Below, piece after piece: positions 56,496 to 64,000 of a DNA stretch of 64,000 nt. The position numbers and the translations under genes were made by a program. The notes under the pieces are model-generated. The model was not told the origin of the DNA. It did not search any database and saw only the letters and a list, made by a program, of their open reading frames with translations. Location: positions 140,682-204,681 of the forward strand of contig JABSOS010000005.1 of NCBI GenBank assembly GCA_013216135.1, given 5' to 3'. This DNA comes from Candidatus Caenarcanales bacterium. Lineage in GTDB: Bacteria > Cyanobacteriota > Vampirovibrionia > LMEP-6097. Within the stretch, counting starts at the first letter, position 1. Each line of letters begins with the position of its first letter.

Positions 56496-58289
56496 ATGTC
56501 TTTTAAAGCAACTATCGTGTTTTCTGCTAGCTTAGTCTGTTTTATTGTTTTAACCGTAAACTTTTGTTTAGCAGCTCAAGAATCTGTAGAGTCTGGTAAA
56601 GAAACTATAAAGTATTTGGTTAAAGGCAGTGTATTTTTAAAACCCTATGATAAAAATCAAAACGATGCTTTTTTTAGAGAAAAAATACAAAAAAGAGACG
56701 ATTTTTTAAAAAGTAGAGGAACTAGAGTTGATGAAAATAGAGTTATAAATTTTTCAGGTACTGTGCCTCAAGGAGCTGGTGGAGTCTTAATGCATGAATC
56801 TGGAATTGATTTTGGAAATTCTAATCAAGAAGGCTATATATTCTTTTTAAGAGAAAAAAACTTGTTTAAAGAGATTGATAAAGCATTTGCCTCTAAAACT
56901 GAAAATTATAAAAAAGTTTTGAACCTTCAGAGATTTAAGAGGAGAGGGAATAAATTTGACCCATCACTAGCATTGTCTTTTTCAAATTCTGTAAGTAAAG
57001 ATCCTATAGTCTCTAGTGTACCTAAGCTCTATTCGACGATAGATGATGTCTCTTATAGCCTAAATGGTACTTATGGATACAATGATGATTTTATTTCTTA
57101 TTATTCATACCTTCCTAGGGCTTCGATTGAAAAATCACCTGAAAACCCTGATATAGTTACAGTAAAAGCTAAAATATTTGATAGTGTTCCTATTCCAGGT
57201 ATAAAAACAGCAATCCCAACGCTAAATAATACAGAGTACTTAAAAGGAAGATTTAAATTAGATTTAAAAAAAATCAATGAATTTAACTTTAATGAAGAAG
57301 TGAGAAGATCAGAGGAAAATTCAAAACCTAGAGAAAAAGGTAATCAAAATGACCCTATAAAGATTAGAAAATGCGTTGATTTGCAAAAACTAAAAAAAGC
57401 CTATGAAAAACATATCTACGTAGAACTAATAAGAGATATAGACTGCTCAGATACTAAAAATTGGTACGATGGTAAAGGTTTTCCTCCTGTAAAGCTTATA
57501 AGTGCTCATAATTCTTTTCATTTTGATGGTAAGGGACACAAAATAATAGGACTTTATATGAATAATGATTCTGAATCTGCACTTTTTCAAAGAGTGAAAT
57601 CTTTTGGAAGGCAAAGTGAGATAAAAAATCTCACTTTAGAAAATGTAGATATAACTGGTAGGAGTATTGCAGCAGTTTTTGCTCTTGAGATAGGTGCTGT
57701 TAAGTTTTCTAATATTGAAATCAGTGGAAAATTAAACTTAATATTAGCTGGAAGAGATTTTGAATCAAAAATTATAGGAAGTAATTCTTTTGAACGTAAC
57801 TCTCTAGCTGGAATAGCTGCTAACTCTTCGGGAGGAAGTAGTTTTGAAAATATTAAACTTGATATGGATTTCCAAGTTGAGAATACGGGATATCCTTCTC
57901 GCGTTGGTGGTTTAGTATCTCGTCTGCAAACAAGTCTTAGGGGTGGATCTAGAGCAAGATTTAATCCAGATTCATCTCTCATGAGTAATATTGATGTAAA
58001 AATTAATTTTTATAGTCCAAATAGACTAGGTACTTTTGGCTTACTATTGGGTACTTTAGAGGTATTTAATGAGACGGCTGATTCTTTTATTCCTCTAAAA
58101 ATAACTAACTCTTATGTTTCAGGAACTTCTTCTAGGAAAGTTAAACAAAGTGATAGTGAAGATTTTGTGCTTTATGACCATTTTATCGGAGCTTATGTTG
58201 AAAGAGATTTTTTTGGTAATGGTATTGGTCCTGTAGAAATTCAAATAGAAAGCTCGAATTCTAATGTTGAAGAGGTTCTTTTAAAATAA
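56496..58289 (+). CDS. Secreted hypothetical protein (597 aa), likely parallel beta-helix type
   Basis: Signal peptide; FHFDGKGHKIIGLYMNN and NLTLENVDITG-type repeats typical of right-handed beta-helix surface proteins. Confidence 0.55.
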   Translation: MSFKATIVFSASLVCFIVLTVNFCLAAQESVESGKETIKYLVKGSVFLKPYDKNQNDAFFREKIQKRDDFLKSRGTRVDENRVINFSGTVPQGAGGVLMHESGIDFGNSNQEGYIFFLREKNLFKEIDKAFASKTENYKKVLNLQRFKRRGNKFDPSLALSFSNSVSKDPIVSSVPKLYSTIDDVSYSLNGTYGYNDDFISYYSYLPRASIEKSPENPDIVTVKAKIFDSVPIPGIKTAIPTLNNTEYLKGRFKLDLKKINEFNFNEEVRRSEENSKPREKGNQNDPIKIRKCVDLQKLKKAYEKHIYVELIRDIDCSDTKNWYDGKGFPPVKLISAHNSFHFDGKGHKIIGLYMNNDSESALFQRVKSFGRQSEIKNLTLENVDITGRSIAAVFALEIGAVKFSNIEISGKLNLILAGRDFESKIIGSNSFERNSLAGIAANSSGGSSFENIKLDMDFQVENTGYPSRVGGLVSRLQTSLRGGSRARFNPDSSLMSNIDVKINFYSPNRLGTFGLLLGTLEVFNETADSFIPLKITNSYVSGTSSRKVKQSDSEDFVLYDHFIGAYVERDFFGNGIGPVEIQIESSNSNVEEVLLK

Positions 58290-58319
58290 ATTGTTGGCAA
58301 TTCACGACTTACTTTCTTT

Positions 58320-58446
58320 TTTAGCCATATATTAGTTTTGATAGAATCTATGGTTTTATCTGCGTTATATAAGTTCTCTAATAAAGTGGTAACTGTAAAA
58401 TTGGGTTACATGCAGGCAAATTGCTAGTAAATTAAAAATGCAATTT
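58320..58446. repeat. About 130-bp repeat R2, copy a (about 75% identical to 59520-59650)
   Basis: Example aligned stretch: ttagttttgata...taaagtggtaactgtaaaa..gcaggcaaattgctagtaaattaaaaatgcaatt vs ...taaagttataactataaaa..gcgggcaaattgccagtgaattataaatgcaatt. Confidence 0.4.
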
Positions 58447-58917
58447 TATTAGTTCACACTTCGAGATAATTCTAGCCACACACTTCCGTTGAAAATCAAT
58501 CTCAGGGTATCTCCGCTGTTAAATGTGGAATCCGTATTGTTCTTTAAATTTATAAAATCTAAAGCAGAATTGCTAGTTACAATTCCATTATCAACGAGAG
58601 TTATACCATTTGCTAAAAATACAATTGTAAGGATTTGACCTTTTTTACCATTTGTAAGCTTGCTTAAAGTTGGAGATTTGCATCTGATATTTCAATATAA
58701 TTTGCACCACTAACATCTATTGAGTCACTTGAGGGAATAGTTTGAATTTCTTCTTTAATAGCAATTGGAGTTAGACCTGTTGTTGTAGCCATAGTTCCTG
58801 ACTGTAAAATAACTGTTACATCAGAATTTGCACTGATTTTAATGTTTTTATCTCCAGAAATCTCAAGGTTTGCATCTCCGTTTGATAATTTTTCATTATC
58901 AGAATTGCTACTTCCAG
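58447..58917. repeat. 471-bp direct repeat, copy 2 (3' end and downstream flank of the intact gene 58664-59386)
   Basis: See copy 1. Confidence 0.7.
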
Positions 58918-59386
58918 GAAAAATACCAGAGTCAGTTTCTGAAGGTAAAGTAATTGTGTTGGATAAATCTACTCCCCCAGAAATAGGTCTATCTGTATTT
59001 TCAATGAAATTGTCAGCATCAGCAGCTTCCAATAATACTTTATTAACACCAATTGGTAGGTTTGAGGGAATAGACTCCCCAGTAAACATAAGTACGACTC
59101 TATAGATATTTGAAGAATTTACATTAATCTCAGGTAGCCTAACTTGAGCTTTTTTCTGATTTCTAGAAACAAAAGTATTTAAATTGTATTCTTCTCCATC
59201 AGCAGTTTTGAGAGTTACTGTCAATGGATTATTTCTTGATGATAATTTTGAGTTTCTATCAGCTCTAAGAGTTAAAAGTTGTCCAGAGAACAATACTCCA
59301 GGAATCTTATCAAAGTTTACAGCGGCTTTAACCTGTGTAGCACATGACAATAAAAGACTTGATGCTAGTATGATTTTCTTTATCAT
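58664..59386 (-). CDS. Secreted hypothetical beta-rich protein (240 aa)
   Basis: Signal peptide MIKKIILASSLLLSCATQVKA. Its C-terminal third is duplicated as a fragment at 55708-55961. Confidence 0.55.
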   Translation of the reverse strand: MIKKIILASSLLLSCATQVKAAVNFDKIPGVLFSGQLLTLRADRNSKLSSRNNPLTVTLKTADGEEYNLNTFVSRNQKKAQVRLPEINVNSSNIYRVVLMFTGESIPSNLPIGVNKVLLEAADADNFIENTDRPISGGVDLSNTITLPSETDSGIFPGSSNSDNEKLSNGDANLEISGDKNIKISANSDVTVILQSGTMATTTGLTPIAIKEEIQTIPSSDSIDVSGANYIEISDANLQL

Positions 59387-59519
59387 AGTTAATATTGTAT
59401 TGATTATGATGATATTGTCAACCTAGTTTTGCTTATTATTAGATAATTTGTTACTGCAAAATCCAAGTATTCTTCAAATTAAGCTCATCTTTTATGAACT
59501 TTACTGTCTATCTTTATCC

Positions 59520-59650
59520 ATTTGATTAGTTTTGATATTTTGATAAGATCCATAGTTTCACCTGATTAATACAAGTTTTTTAGTAAAGTTATAACTATAA
59601 AACTCAGCTGTAGGCGGGCAAATTGCCAGTGAATTATAAATGCAATTATA
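59520..59650. repeat. Repeat R2, copy b (immediately upstream of att-like repeat B)
   Basis: See 58320-58446. Confidence 0.4.
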
Positions 59651-59657
59651 ATTAGAG

Positions 59658-59712
59658 TAAAATTGGAGGCGGCAGCCCGCGACTTTCAAAGTCGCATGAA
59701 AAAGATTGAACC
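59658..59712 (+). repeat. att-like repeat B: a copy of the tRNA-Cys 3' end (gtAaaattggaggcggcagcc) plus the 35-bp segment shared with repeat A
   Basis: Contains the hairpin gcgacttt-caa-agtcgc. Lies 97 bp from the genuine tRNA 3' end. Confidence 0.5.
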
Positions 59713-59762
59713 GTAGCCGGTTTGAATACGTCTGCAAACTTACAATTGAACGTAGTGAAAAT

Positions 59763-59836
59763 TGGAGGCGGCAGCCGGATTCGAACCGGCGGTAAAGGTG
59801 TTGCAGACCTCTGCCTTACCACTTGGCTATACCGCC
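59763..59836 (-). tRNA. tRNA-Cys (anticodon GCA), CCA encoded
   Basis: Manual cloverleaf: acceptor GGCGGTA/TGCCGCC, D-arm GCC/GGC, anticodon stem GAGGT/ACCTT with loop CTGCAAC, T-arm GCCGG-TTCGAAT-CCGGC; 74 nt. Confidence 0.85.
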
Positions 59837-59936
59837 CTAAGCAATAAATCATTTTATCTTATTTAAGATACTTTATGCTAATAAAAGTTACAATTTACTA
59901 ATGGAATCACTAATTTATGGTGATTTTTAATAAATA

Positions 59937-60386
59937 TTGAAGATGACTGATACACAACAAGAAAATCCATATAAGTTAACGCCAGTGCTTTTAAAGCGTT
60001 TTCATCAATTCAAAAAGCTTGGTGATAAGACTAAGATGTTCGAAAGGATTATTGCTTTAGGTAAAAAGTTAACTCCTTTTGATCAGAGTAAGAAATTAGA
60101 TGAAAATCAGGTGAAGGGTTGTGTTTCTCTTACTTATATTACTGGGGGGCTTGAGGATGGTAAGTTGAGTTTTCAGGGAGAGTCTAATTCCCATTTAGTG
60201 CAGGGCTTGCTTGCCTTATTAATTGATGGTTTTACTGGGACTAGTCCTGAGGAAGTACTTGCAGTTGACCCTAAATTTATTGAGGAGATGGGTTTAGCAC
60301 AAACATTAACTGCTTCAAGAGCGAATGGGTTTATGAATACTTATTCGATGGTACAAGATATAGCAAGAAGAAATTTACAAGGATAG
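59937..60386 (+). CDS. sufE: SufE-family sulfur acceptor protein
   Basis: VKGCVSLTYI (cf. E. coli QGCQSQVWI), VQGLLALL, LTASRANGFMNTYSMVQDIARR; collinear with E. coli SufE. Confidence 0.8.
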   Translation: MKMTDTQQENPYKLTPVLLKRFHQFKKLGDKTKMFERIIALGKKLTPFDQSKKLDENQVKGCVSLTYITGGLEDGKLSFQGESNSHLVQGLLALLIDGFTGTSPEEVLAVDPKFIEEMGLAQTLTASRANGFMNTYSMVQDIARRNLQG

Positions 60387-60397
60387 AAGGAAATTCT

Positions 60398-61654
60398 TTG
60401 GCTCAGGAAAAAAAGATATTTGCAATATGCGGTGAGTTTAGTGGTGAAAGCCATTTAGCTAAAGTGGTTCGTGAAATAAAAGCTATTGAACCTAGAACCC
60501 ATATTAAAGGTATGGCTTCTTCTCTTTGTGAGCATTTAGGGATGGAGATTTTCGTAGATTATAAGAATTTTTCATTTGCTGGTTTAACTCAGGTGGTTTT
60601 GAATTTACCTAAAATTCTGAGTTTAAAGAGGAAAATAGTTAAAGAGATCCTGGAATTTAAGCCTGATACAGTTCTTCTAGTAGATTACGCTGGTTTTAAT
60701 TTACAGGTTGCACGTTCGATAAAGATGGCTCAGGCACGAGATGAGAGTCTAAAAGATATTAAGATTATTCAGTATATTGCACCTCAGATTTGGGCTTCTC
60801 GACCTGAGAGAATAGAAAATGTTTTAAAGTATGTAGATAAAGTTTTATGTACTTTACCTTTTGAAGAAGAAATTTATAATGAGGTTGAACAGCCAGTTAG
60901 GTATGTAGGTAACCCGGTTTTAGAGTCACTGATTGATATGTCCGCAGAAGATGCTAAGGCTGAAATATTTTCTTTTTTACAGGAAGAATACTGTGCTCAT
61001 AGTGTTGAAAATGATGATATTGCTTTAATACCTAGTGATGATGCACCTTTAATCGGAATATTTCCAGGTAGTAGAGGTTTTGAAATTGAGTATACTTTAC
61101 CTTTATTTGTAAAAACGGCGAAGAAGATTCATGAAGAATATCCTCAAATCCGTTTTGTGATTGCAAAAGCTCCGACTATTTCTCATGAAAAGTTATTAAA
61201 GTGTGGTTTGAAAGACGCTCAAAACTTAATTAAGGTGATTGATGGTGAAACTTTACCACAAGCCAATCAAAAACTTTTAAAGGCATCTGACTATTTATGG
61301 TTATGTTCAGGTACTGTTACTTTAGAAGCAGCGCTTTATGAAAAACCATACTTTTTAACTTATAAGGCAAATTCTATTAATTACATGCTTTATAAGATGT
61401 TCAAGATCATTGATATGGCTGGACTTGCAAATATTATTGCTGGAAAGTATATCGTAAAAGAGTTCTTACAGAATAATGCTACAGTGAGTAATTTTTATGA
61501 AGAGACTTGTTTATGGTTTGAAGACTATCTTTATTTAGAAACCATGCTGCAAAATTTAGGGGTATTGAGAGAGATGCTTTCTGGTTATGAGACTTCAAAG
61601 TTAGTGGCTGAAGAGGTTTTATATGATTCAAGTAACAGAGAAAAAATTCTCTAG
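60398..61654 (+). CDS. lpxB: Lipid-A-disaccharide synthase
   Basis: IFAICGEFSGESHLAKVV, FPGSRGFEIEYTLPLF, ASDYLWLCSGTVTLEAALYEKP are collinear with E. coli LpxB. TTG start with an AAGGA SD. Confidence 0.8.
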   Translation: MAQEKKIFAICGEFSGESHLAKVVREIKAIEPRTHIKGMASSLCEHLGMEIFVDYKNFSFAGLTQVVLNLPKILSLKRKIVKEILEFKPDTVLLVDYAGFNLQVARSIKMAQARDESLKDIKIIQYIAPQIWASRPERIENVLKYVDKVLCTLPFEEEIYNEVEQPVRYVGNPVLESLIDMSAEDAKAEIFSFLQEEYCAHSVENDDIALIPSDDAPLIGIFPGSRGFEIEYTLPLFVKTAKKIHEEYPQIRFVIAKAPTISHEKLLKCGLKDAQNLIKVIDGETLPQANQKLLKASDYLWLCSGTVTLEAALYEKPYFLTYKANSINYMLYKMFKIIDMAGLANIIAGKYIVKEFLQNNATVSNFYEETCLWFEDYLYLETMLQNLGVLREMLSGYETSKLVAEEVLYDSSNREKIL

Positions 61655-61794
61655 GAATGATTTGTTTGGATCTAAGCGTCCAGTTCTTTTTTTTGATTGA
61701 TAGGATAAATTGAAAGGGTGTAATAAAAATAATCCAAAGCTGATAGCAAATACTATAACTCCGATTACAGTTTTAATTAATTCAAAATCTATAT

Positions 61795-62040
61795 TCATTG
61801 ATTTAATTTTCTCCTATCAAGTTTTTCGATAATACTTAGTGCTCTATTTGAGATAATTAAGCTTATAATCAACATTGTAACAGCGATATAAAATTCACAC
61901 TTTTTAACTAAGTAAAAGAAATCTAATTCCATTAGTATGCTTTTTAATATTAATAGTGCAAAGGGAGTGGCAAGAATGAAGCTCAATTGCATTAAGTTAT
62001 TTGCACGAAATTTATCAGTTGCTTCAAAGGGCAAAACCAT
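61795..62040 (-). CDS. Small membrane protein (81 aa)
   Basis: Two hydrophobic helices. Confidence 0.35.
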   Translation of the reverse strand: MVLPFEATDKFRANNLMQLSFILATPFALLILKSILMELDFFYLVKKCEFYIAVTMLIISLIISNRALSIIEKLDRRKLNQ

Positions 62041-62098
62041 GAATTAAATTATATTTTTGATGGAGTAAAAATTTTAGGGGTCAAAATTCCTCAAGCTA

Positions 62099-63067
62099 TT
62101 ACTTCAGCAAAATAGCTCTAGGTCTATCTAAATTACTTATAAGTTCTTTAGTTTCATTATTTAAAACGATTTCTTCACCTTCAAGCTTTCTATCATTAAG
62201 TCTTACATCTGAAGCTCCAGTGAATACGATTTTATCTACTTCATTATTTTTAAGCCACATTCTTGCTAGGCGTGAGTTTGCAAGTAATTTTCTTTTTTCA
62301 GAAAGGACTTTAACTTTTTTAGATTCTGAGTTGCTGGTGGCAAGCAAAGTATAGTCTTTATTTTCAACATTATTTTCTTCTAGGTTCATGAAATCAGCTT
62401 CCACAAGAAGCTTTTCTTTTTTATTGATAAACATAGCATCACCGATGACTCGGTATTGCTTTACTGGAGGGTAAATTAACAGTTTATTACCTATGATCTG
62501 TGAATCTTCTTTTTCTGCAATTACATTTTTTTCAAATTTGATTTGAAGTAAATCATTAATATTTTCGCCATCCCCTTCAAATAAAGCATCTAAGCTTTCT
62601 GAGCTGACATTAATATCTTCGTGGCTGGTGGCTACATGTGAGCCCTCAAGTGCTTCTGCTTTGAAAGTACCTTTTTCTAAGTGTAGGATTTGGATGTCAG
62701 AGTCTACTTTATAGTCTTTGATTTTAGATTTAGCGTTAAACAAGGTTATATAACCTGTTTTGATATCTATTTCCATTCTGTCAGCGACAACATCTAGGTC
62801 TTTAGAGTTGATATTAACGGAACCAGTGAATTCTGCTTTTTTCTTTTCTTCTATTGATACATTCGGGGAGGAAATATAAATATCTTTTACCTTAATGATT
62901 ACATCACCAGTTAGTAGGGTTTTATTATTCTTATAACTAAGTTTATTTGCAGAAACGATTTTAATATCATCTAAGCCTTTCTGAAGCTTAATGGCATGAG
63001 CTGTTTGCCCTAAACTCATAAAAGCAAGAACCGCGATAATTGAAAAAACATTTTTATGAGTGGACAT
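62099..63067 (-). CDS. Periplasmic OstA/LptA-like beta-jellyroll protein (tentative)
   Basis: Start placed at the internal MSTHKNVFSIIAVLAFMSLGQTAHA (signal peptide). Beta-rich repetitive sequence next to lpxB and downstream of an LptC-like gene. Confidence 0.4.
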   Translation of the reverse strand: MSTHKNVFSIIAVLAFMSLGQTAHAIKLQKGLDDIKIVSANKLSYKNNKTLLTGDVIIKVKDIYISSPNVSIEEKKKAEFTGSVNINSKDLDVVADRMEIDIKTGYITLFNAKSKIKDYKVDSDIQILHLEKGTFKAEALEGSHVATSHEDINVSSESLDALFEGDGENINDLLQIKFEKNVIAEKEDSQIIGNKLLIYPPVKQYRVIGDAMFINKKEKLLVEADFMNLEENNVENKDYTLLATSNSESKKVKVLSEKRKLLANSRLARMWLKNNEVDKIVFTGASDVRLNDRKLEGEEIVLNNETKELISNLDRPRAILLK

Positions 63068-63950
63068 TACCTTTAATTGTAAGCTCTTCTGTATTGAAAT
63101 TGTAAATAATTTCATCAGCATAAATCTTGTCGTTGTCACGAAGAATATATGGATTACCAGTAAGTGTAGCTATTTGGGTTTTATTTTCAGTTCTTACACA
63201 AAGCTTTTCAGCAAAGCAGTTCGTATTATCGGTATTGATATTTACATTACCTTGAGCTCTTAAGTTACCTTCAGCATCTAAATGAATTTCTGATGCCGTA
63301 AGTAAAATATTCTTTTCTGGGATTACCAGTTTTGAAGATCCATAGGAATCTACGATTTGTCTTTCTGGGCTGATATTAATGTTTATTTTATCTGCAGAAA
63401 GTTGGTAAGGTCCCTTCTCGAGCTGAGCTGAACCTACGCTTTTTATGCTTTGAAAATTTTTACTTATCTCGCCTTCTCTACCTGAGATAAGGATATCTTT
63501 AGAGGGAGAGTTTAGAATCCAATCTTCAGAGACTTTAAAGACAGCTGATTCATCAGAAAAACTAAGCTTACCAGAGTCAAGAAGATAGGTATCGTTCTCA
63601 TAATTAAGTTTTACATTCTCTGTAAGATCAAAAGCCTGTATCTTTTTATCGAGATCAGCATGTTTTGCACTTAATATAAATTTGGTTTTTTTTGTACCCT
63701 TTTCAAAGTATTCAATCACTGGATCTGTGATCTCAGCTTTACTATATTTAGAATTAACAATGGCTGACTGAGCTTTTAAATTCCAAAGTTTTTCTTGGGA
63801 GTTTTCATCTAAATGTTCAACGAAATAGTCTTTAATCTTAAATTTAATCTTCTTAAAGTTCTTAGGTAACTCAACTGACTTTACTGTAATTAAAGCTGAG
63901 ATAGTACTGTAAGAAAAGAAAATTAAAAATGCCAATAAAGGAACAAGCAT
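63054..63950 (-). CDS. Membrane-anchored LptC-like protein (tentative)
   Basis: N-terminal TM anchor MLVPLLAFLIFFSYSTISALI followed by a beta-rich periplasmic domain. 13-nt overlap with the LptA-like gene. Confidence 0.35.
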   Translation of the reverse strand: MLVPLLAFLIFFSYSTISALITVKSVELPKNFKKIKFKIKDYFVEHLDENSQEKLWNLKAQSAIVNSKYSKAEITDPVIEYFEKGTKKTKFILSAKHADLDKKIQAFDLTENVKLNYENDTYLLDSGKLSFSDESAVFKVSEDWILNSPSKDILISGREGEISKNFQSIKSVGSAQLEKGPYQLSADKININISPERQIVDSYGSSKLVIPEKNILLTASEIHLDAEGNLRAQGNVNINTDNTNCFAEKLCVRTENKTQIATLTGNPYILRDNDKIYADEIIYNFNTEELTIKGNVHS

Positions 63951-64000
63951 GGCAATTTTCGTGCCATGCTTGTTCGTGAATTGTTCAAGAGATTTAGCTG

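Noticed and set aside
59652-59852. 66-aa ORF overlapping tRNA-Cys
   Set aside because: It overlaps a validated tRNA cloverleaf. It is Pro/Arg-rich, typical of a spurious frame through a GC-rich tRNA.
1-64000. CRISPR array, IS/transposase, integrase, rRNA
   Set aside because: I scanned for short regularly spaced direct repeats and for transposase/integrase-like ORFs and found none. The only regular repeats are protein-coding (RTX nonapeptides, 39-aa tandem repeats).

Overview
This is a 64 kb window of a low-GC (about one third G+C by eye), AT-codon-biased Gram-negative bacterial chromosome. The organism is flagellated (flgE and flgG/F are present) and aerobic or microaerobic (cbb3 oxidase plus a Rieske/cytochrome b complex). 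The gene content (many secreted proteases, RTX-type proteins and orphan secreted proteins) would fit a predatory or host-associated lineage, but I cannot place it from sequence alone. Coding density is high, about 60 genes on both strands.

Housekeeping genes I recognise with confidence: ribE, cyclophilin PPIase, rplS, pepA, WecB/TagA-family glycosyltransferase, class-V aminotransferase, RNase J-like, mfd, glmS, dnaK, ssb, NrnA-like DHH phosphoesterase, M16 peptidase, prmC, flgE, flgG/F, e(P4)-type acid phosphatase, tRNA-Cys(GCA), sufE, lpxB and LptC/LptA-like genes.

The most interesting segment is a co-directional respiratory supraoperon of about 8.2 kb (28021-36248). Its gene order is ccoN, a CcoO with an extra c-type haem domain, a CcoQ-like small protein, a di-haem CcoP-like protein, Rieske, a long cytochrome b with no cytochrome c1 gene, two small membrane proteins, a b6-type di-haem cytochrome fused to a 2x[4Fe-4S] ferredoxin domain, an MvhD-like Fe-S protein, and a 38-aa membrane peptide.

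Other notable loci:
- A tandem pair of about 80% identical secreted metzincin-like proteases (4560-7623).
- A c-di-GMP-receptor-type MshEN mini-protein sitting in the same frame as, and separated by a single TAA from, a galactokinase-like GHMP kinase (40795-42393).
- An EF-hand/tandem-repeat protein interrupted by an in-frame TAG (42517-44283), followed by an RTX protein; the two share a near-identical, internally duplicated C-terminal module of about 115 aa.
- A mosaic accessory islet at tRNA-Cys (55348-59836) with three copies of the tRNA 3'-end (att-like) sequence, a 471-bp near-perfect direct repeat carrying a 3' gene fragment, and orphan secreted beta-rich proteins. No integrase or transposase lies in the window.

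I saw no CRISPR array, IS element or rRNA.
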